Positions 1 to 12,486 of a DNA stretch of 64,000 nucleotides are shown in pieces (the stretch's first letter is position 1; each line of letters begins with the position of its first letter). The translations under genes were made by a program, and so were the position numbers. The notes beneath the pieces were generated by a model. The model saw only the letters and a list, made by a program, of their open reading frames with translations. It had not been told where the DNA came from and made no database searches. The stretch covers positions 1,772,336 to 1,836,335 of the forward strand of contig NMRA01000016.1 of the NCBI GenBank assembly GCA_002633005.1. Direction: 5' to 3'. Source of the DNA: Phoronis australis (lineage: Eukaryota; Animalia; Phoronida).

Positions 1-1711
1 AGAGTTTTGACAGTCTGAATGCACTTTCTCTCAATTATGGTGGTCGTCACACTACCGAACAGTAAACTGAAAGGGGTTTCCCAGATTTCAAACAATGGGG
101 CTGACTGAATGTTATGACGTAAGTTTCGTTACTTCAACCAATGGGAAGCCATGATAAACAGCATTCCACAGTGCTAGCTTTCGTGGCACAGTGGAAGAGT
201 GTACTTTCCAAGTGAGCCAGGTGCACTTCCAGTATAATCGCAAAAGGTGAAATATTAACTTTAGAATCAGTTTCAATAGACTTTATGCAATATACTCTTC
301 AAATTTCCAGATCTTGTACATCCTGAGGAGATTGGTGGAGCTGAATCGACCTGGTTTTTCAATTTCCAAATCAGCGACTCTGAACTGTTGAGTGCCAAAA
401 GATGACAACAGTGAAGCACAACAGGCTCTACAGATGGCGCTCACATGTACTGTACATTGTACGACTTGATTCACTGCGCAGCATAGGGATGAGCGCAATA
501 ATGCACAACCAAGTTTGAAAGGGCAATAGTCGGATATAGTGTGCCCGTATTTAGAGAACCACTTTGATGCCCGTTATTCAGTGGAGAAAACTGGTTCTCA
601 AAGTTCGGGCACGTTATACCTGACCATTTCCGAGTTTTCTTAAGTTTTTTCTCAACAGATCCTCGGCTCAGCAGATATTTGCCGTATCTAGACCACTCGT
701 TCGATTAGTAGGAATTCCTCGGGTCAGTCCGCCTCTGTCATTATCAGGCTCGGGCGTGTAACAACCAACATATTGACCTCAGTGAAAACTGATGAATAGT
801 TGTATATTTGTATGACCGTATCCGACGTAGGTACATGTGTATTGATACTATCACCAACAATGACACACATGTCCTCGTTGCGTCAACGGATGACTTACAT
901 CTCAAAAGTGTATATTATTTCACACGGTTTATTTCAAATTTCATAAATAACATTATCATGACATTATTCAGTTTTAAACTGATAACCAGAAAATCTCGTT
1001 CAAAAGGTATGGCATTGTGACATTTGATGTCTCTTACTGATTCGAGCCGACAAACTCAATTAAAATCTCTAGATTTCCATTCGAATCTCTAGAGTTGAGT
1101 TCAGACTTCAACTATATTTCTGGAGTGTTGGGGTACTCAGGTCCAAATTAGGACAGACCAAGGCCATCAAGATGTATTATATTCAAGCGCTCAAGCTCAG
1201 AATAGACACTTATCTAGGGTTCACACTACAAAGCAGAACGGAAATGATGCTAAAAATAATTCCGAGCCCAGTTTTGAGTACAAAGATATAACCCCGGCCC
1301 TGCACCCGATCTCCTGGTTGATCTAATCTTTGTACTCAAATTCATGCACCGGTGTACTGCCATTGTGTGTCAAGTTTCAAGTTCGGATTTGAGGCACTGG
1401 CGACGGGTCTCTTCGTTGGTAAGTTCTGTGAATAATTTCGGTTGGCTATTCAATAAATAGAACGTGTCGTGTGTTCGCGGCGATGTGTTGATAAACAAAT
1501 GGCAATCTTACGAAATACGTTATCAGGTTCGAAACATGACCTACGTGATTTGGCACACAGCTAATGCGTTCACGTGGGTTCCATACGCGCACCCAGCATA
1601 AAAGGGGGGGGGGGGCTCGAATTTTTGAGAATGTGGACCTTTTACTTAGTTTCACGGGGTACGTGCTATGGATTGTGCATTCGCCAAATTTTGTTATTCC
1701 CTGACTTTTTA

Positions 1712-2448
1712 NNNNNNNNNNNNNNNNNNNNNNNNNNNNNNNNNNNNNNNNNNNNNNNNNNNNNNNNNNNNNNNNNNNNNNNNNNNNNNNNNNNNNNNNN
1801 NNNNNNNNNNNNNNNNNNNNNNNNNNNNNNNNNNNNNNNNNNNNNNNNNNNNNNNNNNNNNNNNNNNNNNNNNNNNNNNNNNNNNNNNNNNNNNNNNNNN
1901 NNNNNNNNNNNNNNNNNNNNNNNNNNNNNNNNNNNNNNNNNNNNNNNNNNNNNNNNNNNNNNNNNNNNNNNNNNNNNNNNNNNNNNNNNNNNNNNNNNNN
2001 NNNNNNNNNNNNNNNNNNNNNNNNNNNNNNNNNNNNNNNNNNNNNNNNNNNNNNNNNNNNNNNNNNNNNNNNNNNNNNNNNNNNNNNNNNNNNNNNNNNN
2101 NNNNNNNNNNNNNNNNNNNNNNNNNNNNNNNNNNNNNNNNNNNNNNNNNNNNNNNNNNNNNNNNNNNNNNNNNNNNNNNNNNNNNNNNNNNNNNNNNNNN
2201 NNNNNNNNNNNNNNNNNNNNNNNNNNNNNNNNNNNNNNNNNNNNNNNNNNNNNNNNNNNNNNNNNNNNNNNNNNNNNNNNNNNNNNNNNNNNNNNNNNNN
2301 NNNNNNNNNNNNNNNNNNNNNNNNNNNNNNNNNNNNNNNNNNNNNNNNNNNNNNNNNNNNNNNNNNNNNNNNNNNNNNNNNNNNNNNNNNNNNNNNNNNN
2401 NNNNNNNNNNNNNNNNNNNNNNNNNNNNNNNNNNNNNNNNNNNNNNNN
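1712..2448. other. Assembly gap (N run)
   Basis: Run of N. Confidence 1.

Positions 2449-2504
<56 letters not shown>
2449..2504. repeat. (TC)n microsatellite bordering the gap
   Basis: Direct observation. Confidence 0.95.
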
Positions 2505-4224
2505 ACACAGACACACTCATGTTAATAAAGAATATACAGAACAACTCGAACACTTTTTACATTTCCAGGTCAACGTCCTTTGATAACAACAAGCGTAGAG
2601 CGTAGATAAAGTACAACGTATGATAAAGACATTTAAAATACAAGATAGAGATTGTAAACACGGTAACCGATTACACTATTTACAATATACACAGTCACAT
2701 GTTCTTCAATCGGTGTCAGTCAAGGCATTTACAAAGAATCAAACTCATTAGTACGTATAGACCTTTCTACATGCCAATGAAAGCCCAATGCTATTCCTTA
2801 TGTGCCATTCATTGATTACCCGACTTGTCTCCATTGAGGTGCTGGGAACATCTCGGCAGAGTTCAGTTGCTATCTCGCGGCAAGAAAAATCTAGCCAAAA
2901 CCACGCGTGTTCTCATTTTAAATACACATCAATATCTCACGTAATCTCGCGAAGTCTTCATAGCATTATATTGTCGTGATAGACCCTATGGAGTTGGCGA
3001 ACACGGAACTCTGTACTGCCAGAAAACCGCAAGTCCTTCCGTTCCATGACTCTTTATTGTACTTCAATCTGACAGCATTAGGATAAGAGCTGCCTGAAGA
3101 ATTTTAATCTTAAAAGATGCTGGATTTCACTTTCCGCCCTTTTCGTGAAAGGAAACAGATCCAGTGGTAATAGTGTGTCCAGCGTATACTCCCTCAAGCC
3201 CCTAAGTTCGCTTCACAGTCAGAATAGCGCTTACTGATTTTTAGCAAGGTCCTAGCGTACCTAATAGCCTTACTGAACTCTACCCCGGATATCTCAATGG
3301 TGTTCAGTACTACTGGTGAGAAGTCAGATGCCTTTACTGCAGATGGGGAATGGAATAATCTATACACCAGCTACAGGAATAATACGGCGGCTCACACGGA
3401 TGAACATAGCTGTTCAATTACAGTACACAGGCCGTTCAACTCGATCAGTTCACTCGTACTCTTAAACCGTTGCCCGGATTCACAAAACAGGGCTTGCGTC
3501 CGCGCACCCAGAAAACACGGATCTCAGGCTCACATCAACTATAGAACACGAGTGACGGACTGGAAACACGGCTCTAGTACTTATAAACGCGGCTCGCAGA
3601 TTCTTTGCCGGCGTCGCTGCTCACCCAATAGTCCACCAGATGTGTGACCGTGTGAATAGTGCAGACAGCTTCGCGGAGAATCAAGATCGCCAAACCAAAT
3701 TTTGCTATTGATTTCACAACAGAGAAACAATTTTTAATTACCTTCATTTTATAATATTTGATTAGTAAAAGACGAAGTTAATGATACCACGTTACAGTGA
3801 AATATGTTTAGAAAGTAGACATTTTGTCTACTAAGAGCCGTATTTGCAATCTGTGGGCCGTGTTTCAGTGTTAGTGGGTGCGAGTCCATGAGCCGTACTT
3901 TTCGAGTGATCAAGCCGTGTTCTGCAAGTCCGTGAGCTGCGTACACAAACGAAGAACTTATTGTGTGAGCAGTGTTGTTCGGTTAGCCTGACACGTCACT
4001 GTGATTGTATTATGGGGCTGTCGCAAACCCATTCAACAATTCCCCACCTTGTCCTACTAAATAATAGTCTACACTTTTGCTTATTGAAAACTCGGAATAG
4101 CTTTAGAATTGCATTCCATTTTTCATATTATTCGAAAATTTAGAATGTGAGCGATGTTTGAAACTGAAGATTTCCCAGTCAGTCGCAGTCATTTTTGTCT
4201 TTTTACGCGAAACTGTGATGCGTT

Positions 4225-4491
4225 TTACGGTGAAAGCCGAATAAGTCCGAAAAATGTGCGATCTTTCTCGAAGTATATTTGAGCCGAGGGGAAGTAATGG
4301 GATACGACGATGACGTCGTCAGCTTGAAACCGATGGAGGGCGCCCCCGACACATGTCTCAGAAGTATCCCCATCCTTTTCAAAATCGCTAAACACACACG
4401 TAACAAGGTCCAATAAAACTTCACCACCTCCTTTCGCTTTCTTGATCTTCACAAACATTGCGTTGGAGTCCATGTCGTTGAAAAACACCAC
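4225..4491 (-). CDS. TNF ligand alternative terminal exon 7B (paralogous C-terminal half of TNF domain); isoform of about 350 aa
   Basis: tcgttgcag|GTG phase 0 acceptor; VVFFN...LVTC...ETCVGGALHRFQADDVIVV...RTFFGLIRLSP*; fully open; I found no second copy of exon 6 between 4491 and 8467. Confidence 0.8.
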   Translation of the reverse strand: MVFFNDMDSNAMFVKIKKAKGGGEVLLDLVTCVFSDFEKDGDTSETCVGGALHRFQADDVIVVSHYFPSAQIYFEKDRTFFGLIRLSP

Positions 4492-5638
4492 CTGCAACGA
4501 TACACGTCGACGGAGTCTGAAAAGTTAACTCAAGTTCTTTTTAAAACTTAGCTGATCCATACAGTTCTCGGTTCTACATTTGTGGTTTGATTCAGCGGCA
4601 GGTGCGGGAAAAAATTACCAAACCATTGAAGAGTTGGAATGCAGAAAATTGCAGTTCAAACGTACTGACAACAGTAAAATCAGCCCCCCGAGACGACGGA
4701 CTTTATGTAGACCTATGTTTGTTGTTTTACTGCAACAATATTTGCTGAAGTGGCGTGTGAAGATGATTTTTTCTTTGGCGTGCCCAACACGGTGCTAGCC
4801 ATACGACCGGGCGCACATAACCTTCGACAAAAGGGGCCCCGAAACATGATAGTCTGCTCATTTATGACGATTGGTTGTTTGGCACGTCTGAAGTCAATTC
4901 ATTTAACAAAAACATGTAATAATGGTCGACAAGGACAACAGAGATAGAGAGAGGATCGAGGGAGGATGGGAGCGAGGGGAGAGGGAGGGATCAGTGAGGG
5001 AGGGAGGAGAGAGTGAGGGGGAGAGAGAGTCTATAGGGGTTCGGAACACCTTGCTAAGTCACTTAAGCCACCTCCTCATTACTGTCAGGTTAACTTTCTA
5101 TTATTACGGTGGATATCCACGTGACATTCCCGATGGGGCATTTGGCTTTGTCAATAGCTATACATTCGAGTTTTATATCGTAACACGATCTTCTGAAGCA
5201 ATGCGAAGAGTTGCTATTCAAAATGCAGTGTCGGGAAGCAATCGTTTATTGTTGTGTTTTTTCGTGCAGTCTAATTCGCTCAGTGCATCCAGACCACCTC
5301 GGATATGTTCCCAAGTCTCAACTTTCTTCTCGAAGTGAACGTTATCTGCACATCCCACGAAATTTGTAACATGTAGTGTGCATGAGCAAAACTTTGCCAG
5401 CAGCTCCCCGGCATCGGAAAGAACAATCGCTAGCAATGTAAAAGTTAAGGGGATAACTACTCAAGTTGTCAATAGCATGTATAGACTATAGTACACTGTA
5501 TATGGACCGCCAACTCCGTAACTATACTTTCAATGGACGAAATCTGTGCAACAACGTCATATTCACTAGCGACACCTGGCCAAGTTATCTGGTGTTATTT
5601 CCGGCAAGCACAACGTCTGCTAATCACGGTCGCAGAAT

Positions 5639-6231
5639 GGTGAATGTTGGCCAAATCTCCTTTTGTCCCCTGACGTCACAAGCATACTGGCGCCCCCAGT
5701 GGAGGCCCTGAGAACTCGTAAATAAACCGAGTTCATGAACCCGGTAGTTTCTAGCCTAGCAACGGCCGAGCCAGGCTGGCGAACAGACTTGTATTTATTG
5801 TAGGACGTTGAGTATCGTTTTTTTTCTAAAAACATAATGCATGGTATATAATAATGAATGGTATATAGCATCAATTAATTATGATTGAAAGATTCCTTTT
5901 TAGTCGAGCATAAATAAGGCTATTTCGCGTGGGGATAAAACTTTGGCTCTGCCGTGTGTAACACAGAAGAACATTTGGATGGTGTTGCAGGATTGCGAGA
6001 ATGAATATTCCAATTTTGTTAATTTATTGGAACAATATTAATTTTCTGAAAGGTATGACATGCAACATTATTCAAAAAACACACTAAAACATAGCGACTC
6101 TAGAAAAATCATACAGAATACTTTAATCACAGTCGCCAGCATGCTTGTTTACGAGTTCTCAGGGCCTCCACTGGGGGCGCCAGTATGCTTGTGACGTCAG
6201 TGGACAAATGGGGATTTGGCCAACATTCACC
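5639..6231. repeat. Inverted repeat, 87-bp arms (5639-5725 and 6145-6231), 4 mismatches, 419-bp spacer
   Basis: Direct reverse-complement comparison of the arms. Confidence 0.95.
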
Positions 6232-8466
6232 GGCTGTTGTGTGGTCACAATACACTAACCGGAAACTGGGACAGATAATTTAGGAGAGTGGCGGCTCCTC
6301 TAGGATATTACACAAGAAAATGTCGGAGTTGCGAATCTGTTGTCTATAATCCATGGTTGCTCAGAGTACGTTAGGATTGCCAAACATCAGCGCTATTGGT
6401 GACGTTAATCTTAAGGTTTGAAATTTGCCCAATCCAGGCTTATGTAAACGGTTTGAGCGCACAACTAGTGTTAAAGTTCATTTCGCCTCGGGATAGAATT
6501 TGCCGATAGTTTGCCGACGGGCAAAGTTTGCTGATCTCAATTGCTTGTGACTTTCTGAAAAATTGTCCACATTTCTTGTGCTCAGGAAATGATTCAACGC
6601 ACCGAGTTACCGATCGCCTTCTTGGCTTGGAATGGAATTTGCATTGTGTTGTAGAGAGATTAGCTCACAAACGGAAAGAAACAGTGATGTATCCATTTTT
6701 GTAATCTAGGATGAACCTAGATGGTGAAAACTTTCAAAGTTGGCGAAACGCTGGATTTTAAACAGAATTCTACACGTTTCCGCGGCCTGCAGGTAGACGA
6801 TTTAGCAACAAGAAAGTTCCTGTGATTTAACCTACAAATTATACCCCCGAAAACAGCAGTTATTTGTTTCCCCCATTGAATGTTTCCAATTGTTATTCTG
6901 ATGCATAGACGGCCAAAGATCATGGCTTCACGCAAATACGTCTCAAAAGTCGTCGGAATGCGACGTCTTTCTACATCCTCATTATGTACTGAATAAATCT
7001 TGTTCAGCCTGTTATCACAGGGTTATCATACCAGCGCACTCGTCGACATGCTACGCACATGCGCAGATAACATTCAACCCCAGGGCATTTGAAACGAATT
7101 CGGCAAATTTCGTAGCCTCAAACTTCCCCTCGGAGGTGAACGTTATCTGGCCATGTTCGGATTTTAGTCGTGAGGTAAGCCGTGTGTTTTTCAAACTGGA
7201 AAGTGATTGACCGAACACGTATGTGTCTAAATTTAGCACATGAGCATGTGTAACGCTCACTGACAGACGTATAATTTGACGGTACGAAATTACTGAAAGC
7301 ATCCATGTTAAAGCTGGAACAGGCGAAACGCAACGCTATGTAGACGTACCAAGTGTCGTGTACACGAAGAAAACACCTTTTGAAGAACGATAATAACACA
7401 CATATATTTGTTTACATAAATAACAGTTCAGCATTCGTAGGCCTATGTGCATGCACAAGTATATAACAAATAACATCAGAATAAAAATATATTTCAAGCC
7501 CCGAGGTTTGTTTCCACAAACGGGACAGGAACTTTAAGCTGCATTTCCCCTTGTTGTTTAACAACCAACGTTGAATTCTTAACCGAAGCGCATTGGGGTT
7601 TAAAACATCACACTTGTCCGATCTTGATTTATTGACAAAAGAGCCGGCAGCACAAGCCACAGGAAATATGTACATGCACTATTTTCCGTTAGCAACTTGA
7701 GCACACGCCAATTTGAGTACAAAACACAGAAGCCTATTTCTTCAATCGCCGATGACCACGACTTTCTTATACATAACGGAAATAGAACCCTATTGCGGAA
7801 AGGAATATTACGACTAATTCAAATATTAAAGGTTAAAGATATTTAAGTAGAAGAAAATGAACATCCAAGGTCTTTTGTAGTATGATATTCTAACATGAAT
7901 GACAATGAGTTTCTGGTTGTGATGAATTAATTAGCAGAAAGCAGACAAGTACAATGTATTGTGGAACTTTGTTGAAATCACATTATCGGAGGGAAAAGTG
8001 GTTTTCCGAGATCAACCCCAACGCGCTTAAAAACCTGGAACCTTTGCGATATAAACCAAATGCTATCTGTGGTGACAGACCTAATCGTATTAACTGGCAG
8101 TCAACTGGCGGTTTGTAATAAAAACACAAAACCACAACGGCTTTTATTGTTTTACAGCCCTGGTCAAAGTTAGTACCTTCAAAAAGTAGAGCAATATTTA
8201 CAAAAATAAGTTTATGGCCGTGAAAATGAGAAAGTTTTTTACTTTCAATACTCTGTGGTAAGGAGACGGTCAGTGCTACATTCTGCAAGTGTGAGCCATG
8301 CCAGCTTATACAAAAATAGGCAAATTGGTTTGCTGAATGTTACACAAGTATAAGCCCATTGGAACTTCACGCACAAGTTTAGCACTGAATAGTCCAAAAC
8401 GTATAGCGCAGAAAGAGAAGTTCAGAGCTGATATATCACAGAGAGGCTCCGCCCGGATCCCGATGG

Positions 8467-8742
8467 TTATGCCAAGCGAACGAGTCCAATGAATGCTCGG
8501 TCTTTCGTCCAGTACGTGACAGCACCTTTGTTTGCCTCGACAACTTGTACCTCATCCCCAGCTTCTAAGCGTGTAAGTCCGCCACCGAAGCACGTGTGAG
8601 CTTGAAGGACCTCTTCAGGACTCTTATCGATCGGAACGGGTGCGTTGCTATGGGAACATGATATAAACCTGCCCTGCGCTTTTCCTTTCACCGTTATTTG
8701 AACGTACATAGTGTTTGATGACTCGGAGTTGTAAAACGAAAT
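8467..8742 (-). CDS. TNF ligand terminal exon 7A (C-terminal half of TNF homology domain); isoform of about 353 aa
   Basis: gttttacag|ATT phase 0 acceptor; ISFYN...FISC...HTCFGGGLTRLEAGDEVQV...RAFIGLVRLA*; AATAAA on minus strand at 8148-8143. Confidence 0.9.
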   Translation of the reverse strand: MSFYNSESSNTMYVQITVKGKAQGRFISCSHSNAPVPIDKSPEEVLQAHTCFGGGLTRLEAGDEVQVVEANKGAVTYWTKDRAFIGLVRLA

Positions 8743-9857
8743 CTGTAAAACGGACATGAACTAAAAATTCCGTCACTGAAAAGACTAGGTAGTTCAAGTG
8801 CTGCTCAACAGTCTTGTTCGGTGTTACTTCCGAGGAAGCAATCTATTTTGCGGGTTGTACTTCGTCAACTACCTGTCTCTTGATAAACGGCCTTTTAACT
8901 GAAGACGGCAAATTGATTACAAAGCTGGACGTGACCATCTGGTCGAGAAACGACAGAAAACCCCATGAGCTCTAAGAGGTAATCGGATCAAATTTAAGAT
9001 GGTACTGTGCCACTGAAAATAAACGCCTGTCCCATTGTCTAGCCATTACTTACCTGTAGCAGGTTTGTCCCAATTTCACTCTCGTCACTAAAATGCTACC
9101 ACCATGTTCGTTTTCTTAAGAATGTAACATTAATACGGTGGTTAATAGCTCACCCATTGACATGGACCACAGGGTATGTTTTTTATTGAAAAGGCCTGAA
9201 AAGTGACACAATCCCGACATCCAGTCAATCAAAAGTTTGGTATTTAAACACGGCAGAAGTGACATGGGTCATTCGTAACCTGGTTAATTACTGTACATTG
9301 TTGACAATGTGTAACACAGGATAGATGAAATTGCGCTTAAGTCATTAAGTCACACACGTTATTTACAAAGGATCAAAGCCATAAGTCATATACGCAGCTC
9401 TTGTCCTGGAGTTTTCTCGTTCCAGATAAAACTTATACTACAAACCCTGGAATTCGAAATAAACCAGACTCAGCGTGATAAGAAAAACAATTCAGGTCAT
9501 CAGCAAAATTTCTTCAGGACGTTTAATTTCCATTTTTAAGTAATTTGTGACATTTGCATTGTTTGTTGACACAAATTCACCATGCTCGCTAAAACGCCAT
9601 TAAGAAAAATTTGTACAAATGTCAATTATTAGGCCTACTTTGCGCAAATGTATGTTATACCTAATGCCTCGACGAACTTTTCTTAGAAAAATAGAACCCA
9701 GTAGACAAAAATATCGAATTTCATTTCAGTTGTTGCAGTATGGTCATCGTTGGTTAACCTAAGGTATCACGTCATATCACGCTCTGATATGTCAGGCAAC
9801 ATCGGAAGCCAACGCAAATTAAGCTTCAGCAGTAAAAAACGCAAAGCATGAACTCAC

Positions 9858-9985
9858 CTGGGCGTAAACCCAGTACAATCCGCCTTCCTTAACGCGTACA
9901 CCTCCATCAGATTGTAACTGAAATTTGTTGGCGTATGGATAGTCGCTCATCCAGCCAGCGGGAGTCCAATCCGGGAAAGTACCGT
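9858..9985 (-). CDS. TNF ligand exon 6 (TNF domain through strand C)
   Basis: ttttttag| acceptor, CAG|GTGAGT donor; 128 nt, phase 1 to 0: DGTFPDWTPAGWMSDYPYANKFQLQSDGGVRVKEGGLYWVYAQ, containing the TNF signature V..GLY.VYAQ. Confidence 0.92.
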
Positions 9986-10692
9986 CTAAAAAATATGTTG
10001 ACGTCAGAACTCTAAGTAGAATATAAGCAGACAGGGATTCAGATGGGGTCCATTGTGTCTGTCAGTTTTTCACTGCTGTAATGGAGGATCTCAAGCACCC
10101 CCTATGTTTGTCTCGTGCTGGACCTGGCCCTTAGGCAAGATTTTGGATCCGCGACAGCGTATCATTTATGCCCATAAGAGAACATTGTGTATTGCCATGC
10201 ATTTAACGCGTCACATCAAGCGTAAAAACGGGTAATATGGCTAGATCTGGCACAACATACGTACAGGGCCTTCCATTTGTTACTAAAAAGTCGCACGACT
10301 GATAGAAGTGTTGTGAACTAAAAGTAATTTATGAAAATAACCCCTTTTGCCACTAAACTTACAAAGGTCGGAGAAGTGGGTACATCACGCATGTCTGGTA
10401 CATGCGGACAAATGATCAAATTGGATCTAAATGTGACTAAATCAACAGTTTGACCGATCCGGATCGCATGATCCAGTGGGACCCCCGTATTGCCTGCAGC
10501 GTTATCTCATGGGAAAAATGACGTGCTGAAATCACGAGACAGGTCGTTGTGACTAGTGGGTTACTTACACACAGGTTCCAATGCCAACAAGAGGGACACA
10601 GTACATACCGGTACATTGTTAGTTTACGGATTGACGGTGTACAAGAACTAGCGTTTTAGGTCAAAACTTATCACAATGGTCCCTAACGGAGA

Positions 10693-10759
10693 CATGGGCG
10701 GCACTGAAATAAGTGGGGTTATAGTCCTCCAGCCCCCTATGGTGCGCCATGCACCCATG
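10693..10759. mobile_element. Short MITE (CATGGG...CCCATG termini) with 5-bp TSD GGAGA
   Basis: GGAGA at 10688-10692 and 10760-10764; related to 37396-37476. Confidence 0.75.
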
Positions 10760-12429
10760 GGAGAGAACGTGGTGTTGTGAGCTATTGATAGACATATTAT
10801 GAGGATTTAATTAAACAGGATGTGTATTTATAGAGAAAAGAATTCGGGACATGGTCTACACGCCACACACGCTCAGTTCAACTTGTGGTGTATTCAAGAT
10901 TTTTAGCCAACGGTAAACGACCGCAATTATTTCTCGTTTGCGAAATGACAACAACGTGAACAAAAAACAACATGCAGTAGCAAAATAGAAGCACGCACGC
11001 ATTGCCAGATCATGCATTAAGCTACTCAGCTGAGGGGCACTACCTCCCCACATGGGCGAGGAATTGCGAAGACGGCGTGAGGGAATCGTGGAGGATTATG
11101 GGTGAGGGAGAGTGGGCGGTGGGGTTAGCTACACCCTGTATCTCGGTGAAACGTCGGCAGAGCGGGTGCGTGAGTGTTGTGATATGAATTTTTGCACTCG
11201 ACAAAAGATCGCCCGGGCGGCAATATGTGTCGCGTACCACAGTATGTAAAATGAACAAAAGCACGTATTGTTGCCCCCAATGTTTTGAAAGGTAGTGTGC
11301 TTTCCAGGGTTTCAGCACATAGGCGGATGCAAAGTGGGAGGGAGGCCTGAGGAATTGTAAAAAAGAGGTTGTAGCAAGTTGAACAGATAGAAGGTTGAGG
11401 ACTGCATGGTTGGTGGCAATGACAGGCCTAATCCCGTGTGACGCCTACTTCGCTTGCAGTAATACTTATTTTGGAACCAGCATTTGGCATACTGAAGAGG
11501 TGTAACTGTCGGTTACCTCCCTACTCGATTTCTGTCCCCTTAAAATATCCAGCTCATTTCTCGGTTCCTTTGTCAAAGTAAGGATTTGCCCAAACCGTAA
11601 CCCAGGTCCACACGCAGTATCGCGTACACGGCCACATAATTTTGGCAAAGATGAACGCTTTTAAGGGAAGGCGTCATCTCAATGCGACAGCTTATACCGT
11701 TGGACTCTATGCATATTCTCGCCTCCTGAGAACGAATATGTTTCGGGTGTGAGACTATATACCGTCGCTGTTAGGTGCAAAAATATTGTTGCACTCGGCA
11801 TACATATATATTGTCACGCGGGCGACAATATATGTCAAGTGCGACAGTATGTTACATCAGGGAGGGTAGCTGCAAACATTACGAGGCATGGGCGCAGCTC
11901 AAATTACAAGGGTTTCCAAGACTTTTTATAAATTATGAACCCCGAGGTACTTTATTACTCTGGCATTGTACGCACGCTAACGACAAGCGAAGACTTAAAC
12001 TTGAGGTTACGAGCGAGTTGAAAATTCAACGTCCACGAAGGTTCGCTGATCGCTCTGTCTACTCTACAATAAACCCACACCAGACAAGCATTAATCAACA
12101 TACCAAATTTTTACGCAGACAAGTCGAAGCGTATATTCGTAAACTGTATTTTCGGTGCCAAAATTCCAAGTCAAAAATACGCCCTTGCGTAACAATATTG
12201 TAGCCGCCAAATGAACGGAAAAGTAATCAGATCTTACATGCCTTGGGCGTAATTTCGGAAGTGTTCTTATAACTATAGATACGCTGGTTGGTGTGTCTGC
12301 GGAAAGTACGGTACGAGCCCACTAGAAATAAACTATCGCTTTTTCAGTAAAGTAAATAAATGATTAAAAATGAACCAATAAAAACAAGCACGCCACAAAA
12401 TGTTAGAGTTTTCCACAGCTAAAACTCAC

Positions 12430-12486
12430 CGCTACTTCGTAAAAATTTTCCATTTATGACGTCGCCGTTAGCATGACGAACCTTTG
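12430..12486 (-). CDS. TNF ligand exon 5 (57-nt symmetric exon, AA' loop region)
   Basis: ttttcattccag| acceptor, GCG|GTGAGT donor; phase 1 to 1: (A)KVRHANGDVINGKFLRSS. Confidence 0.75.

Noticed and set aside
1446-2605. Long ORFs of 265-356 aa
   Set aside because: Artefacts of the N gap and the (TC)n repeat.
2967-3093. Possible third terminal exon (minus, ttcttcag acceptor)
   Set aside because: Phase 0 frame stops after 9 codons; the open phase 1 frame has no TNF motifs.
4922-5436. ORFs 4922-5338(+) and 5218-5436(-)
   Set aside because: The first begins in a GA-rich low-complexity tract; neither has a recognisable domain.
6167-6183. CCACTGGGGGCGCC in the inverted repeat as a CTCF site
   Set aside because: One base short of CTCF core spacing; recorded only as GC-rich.
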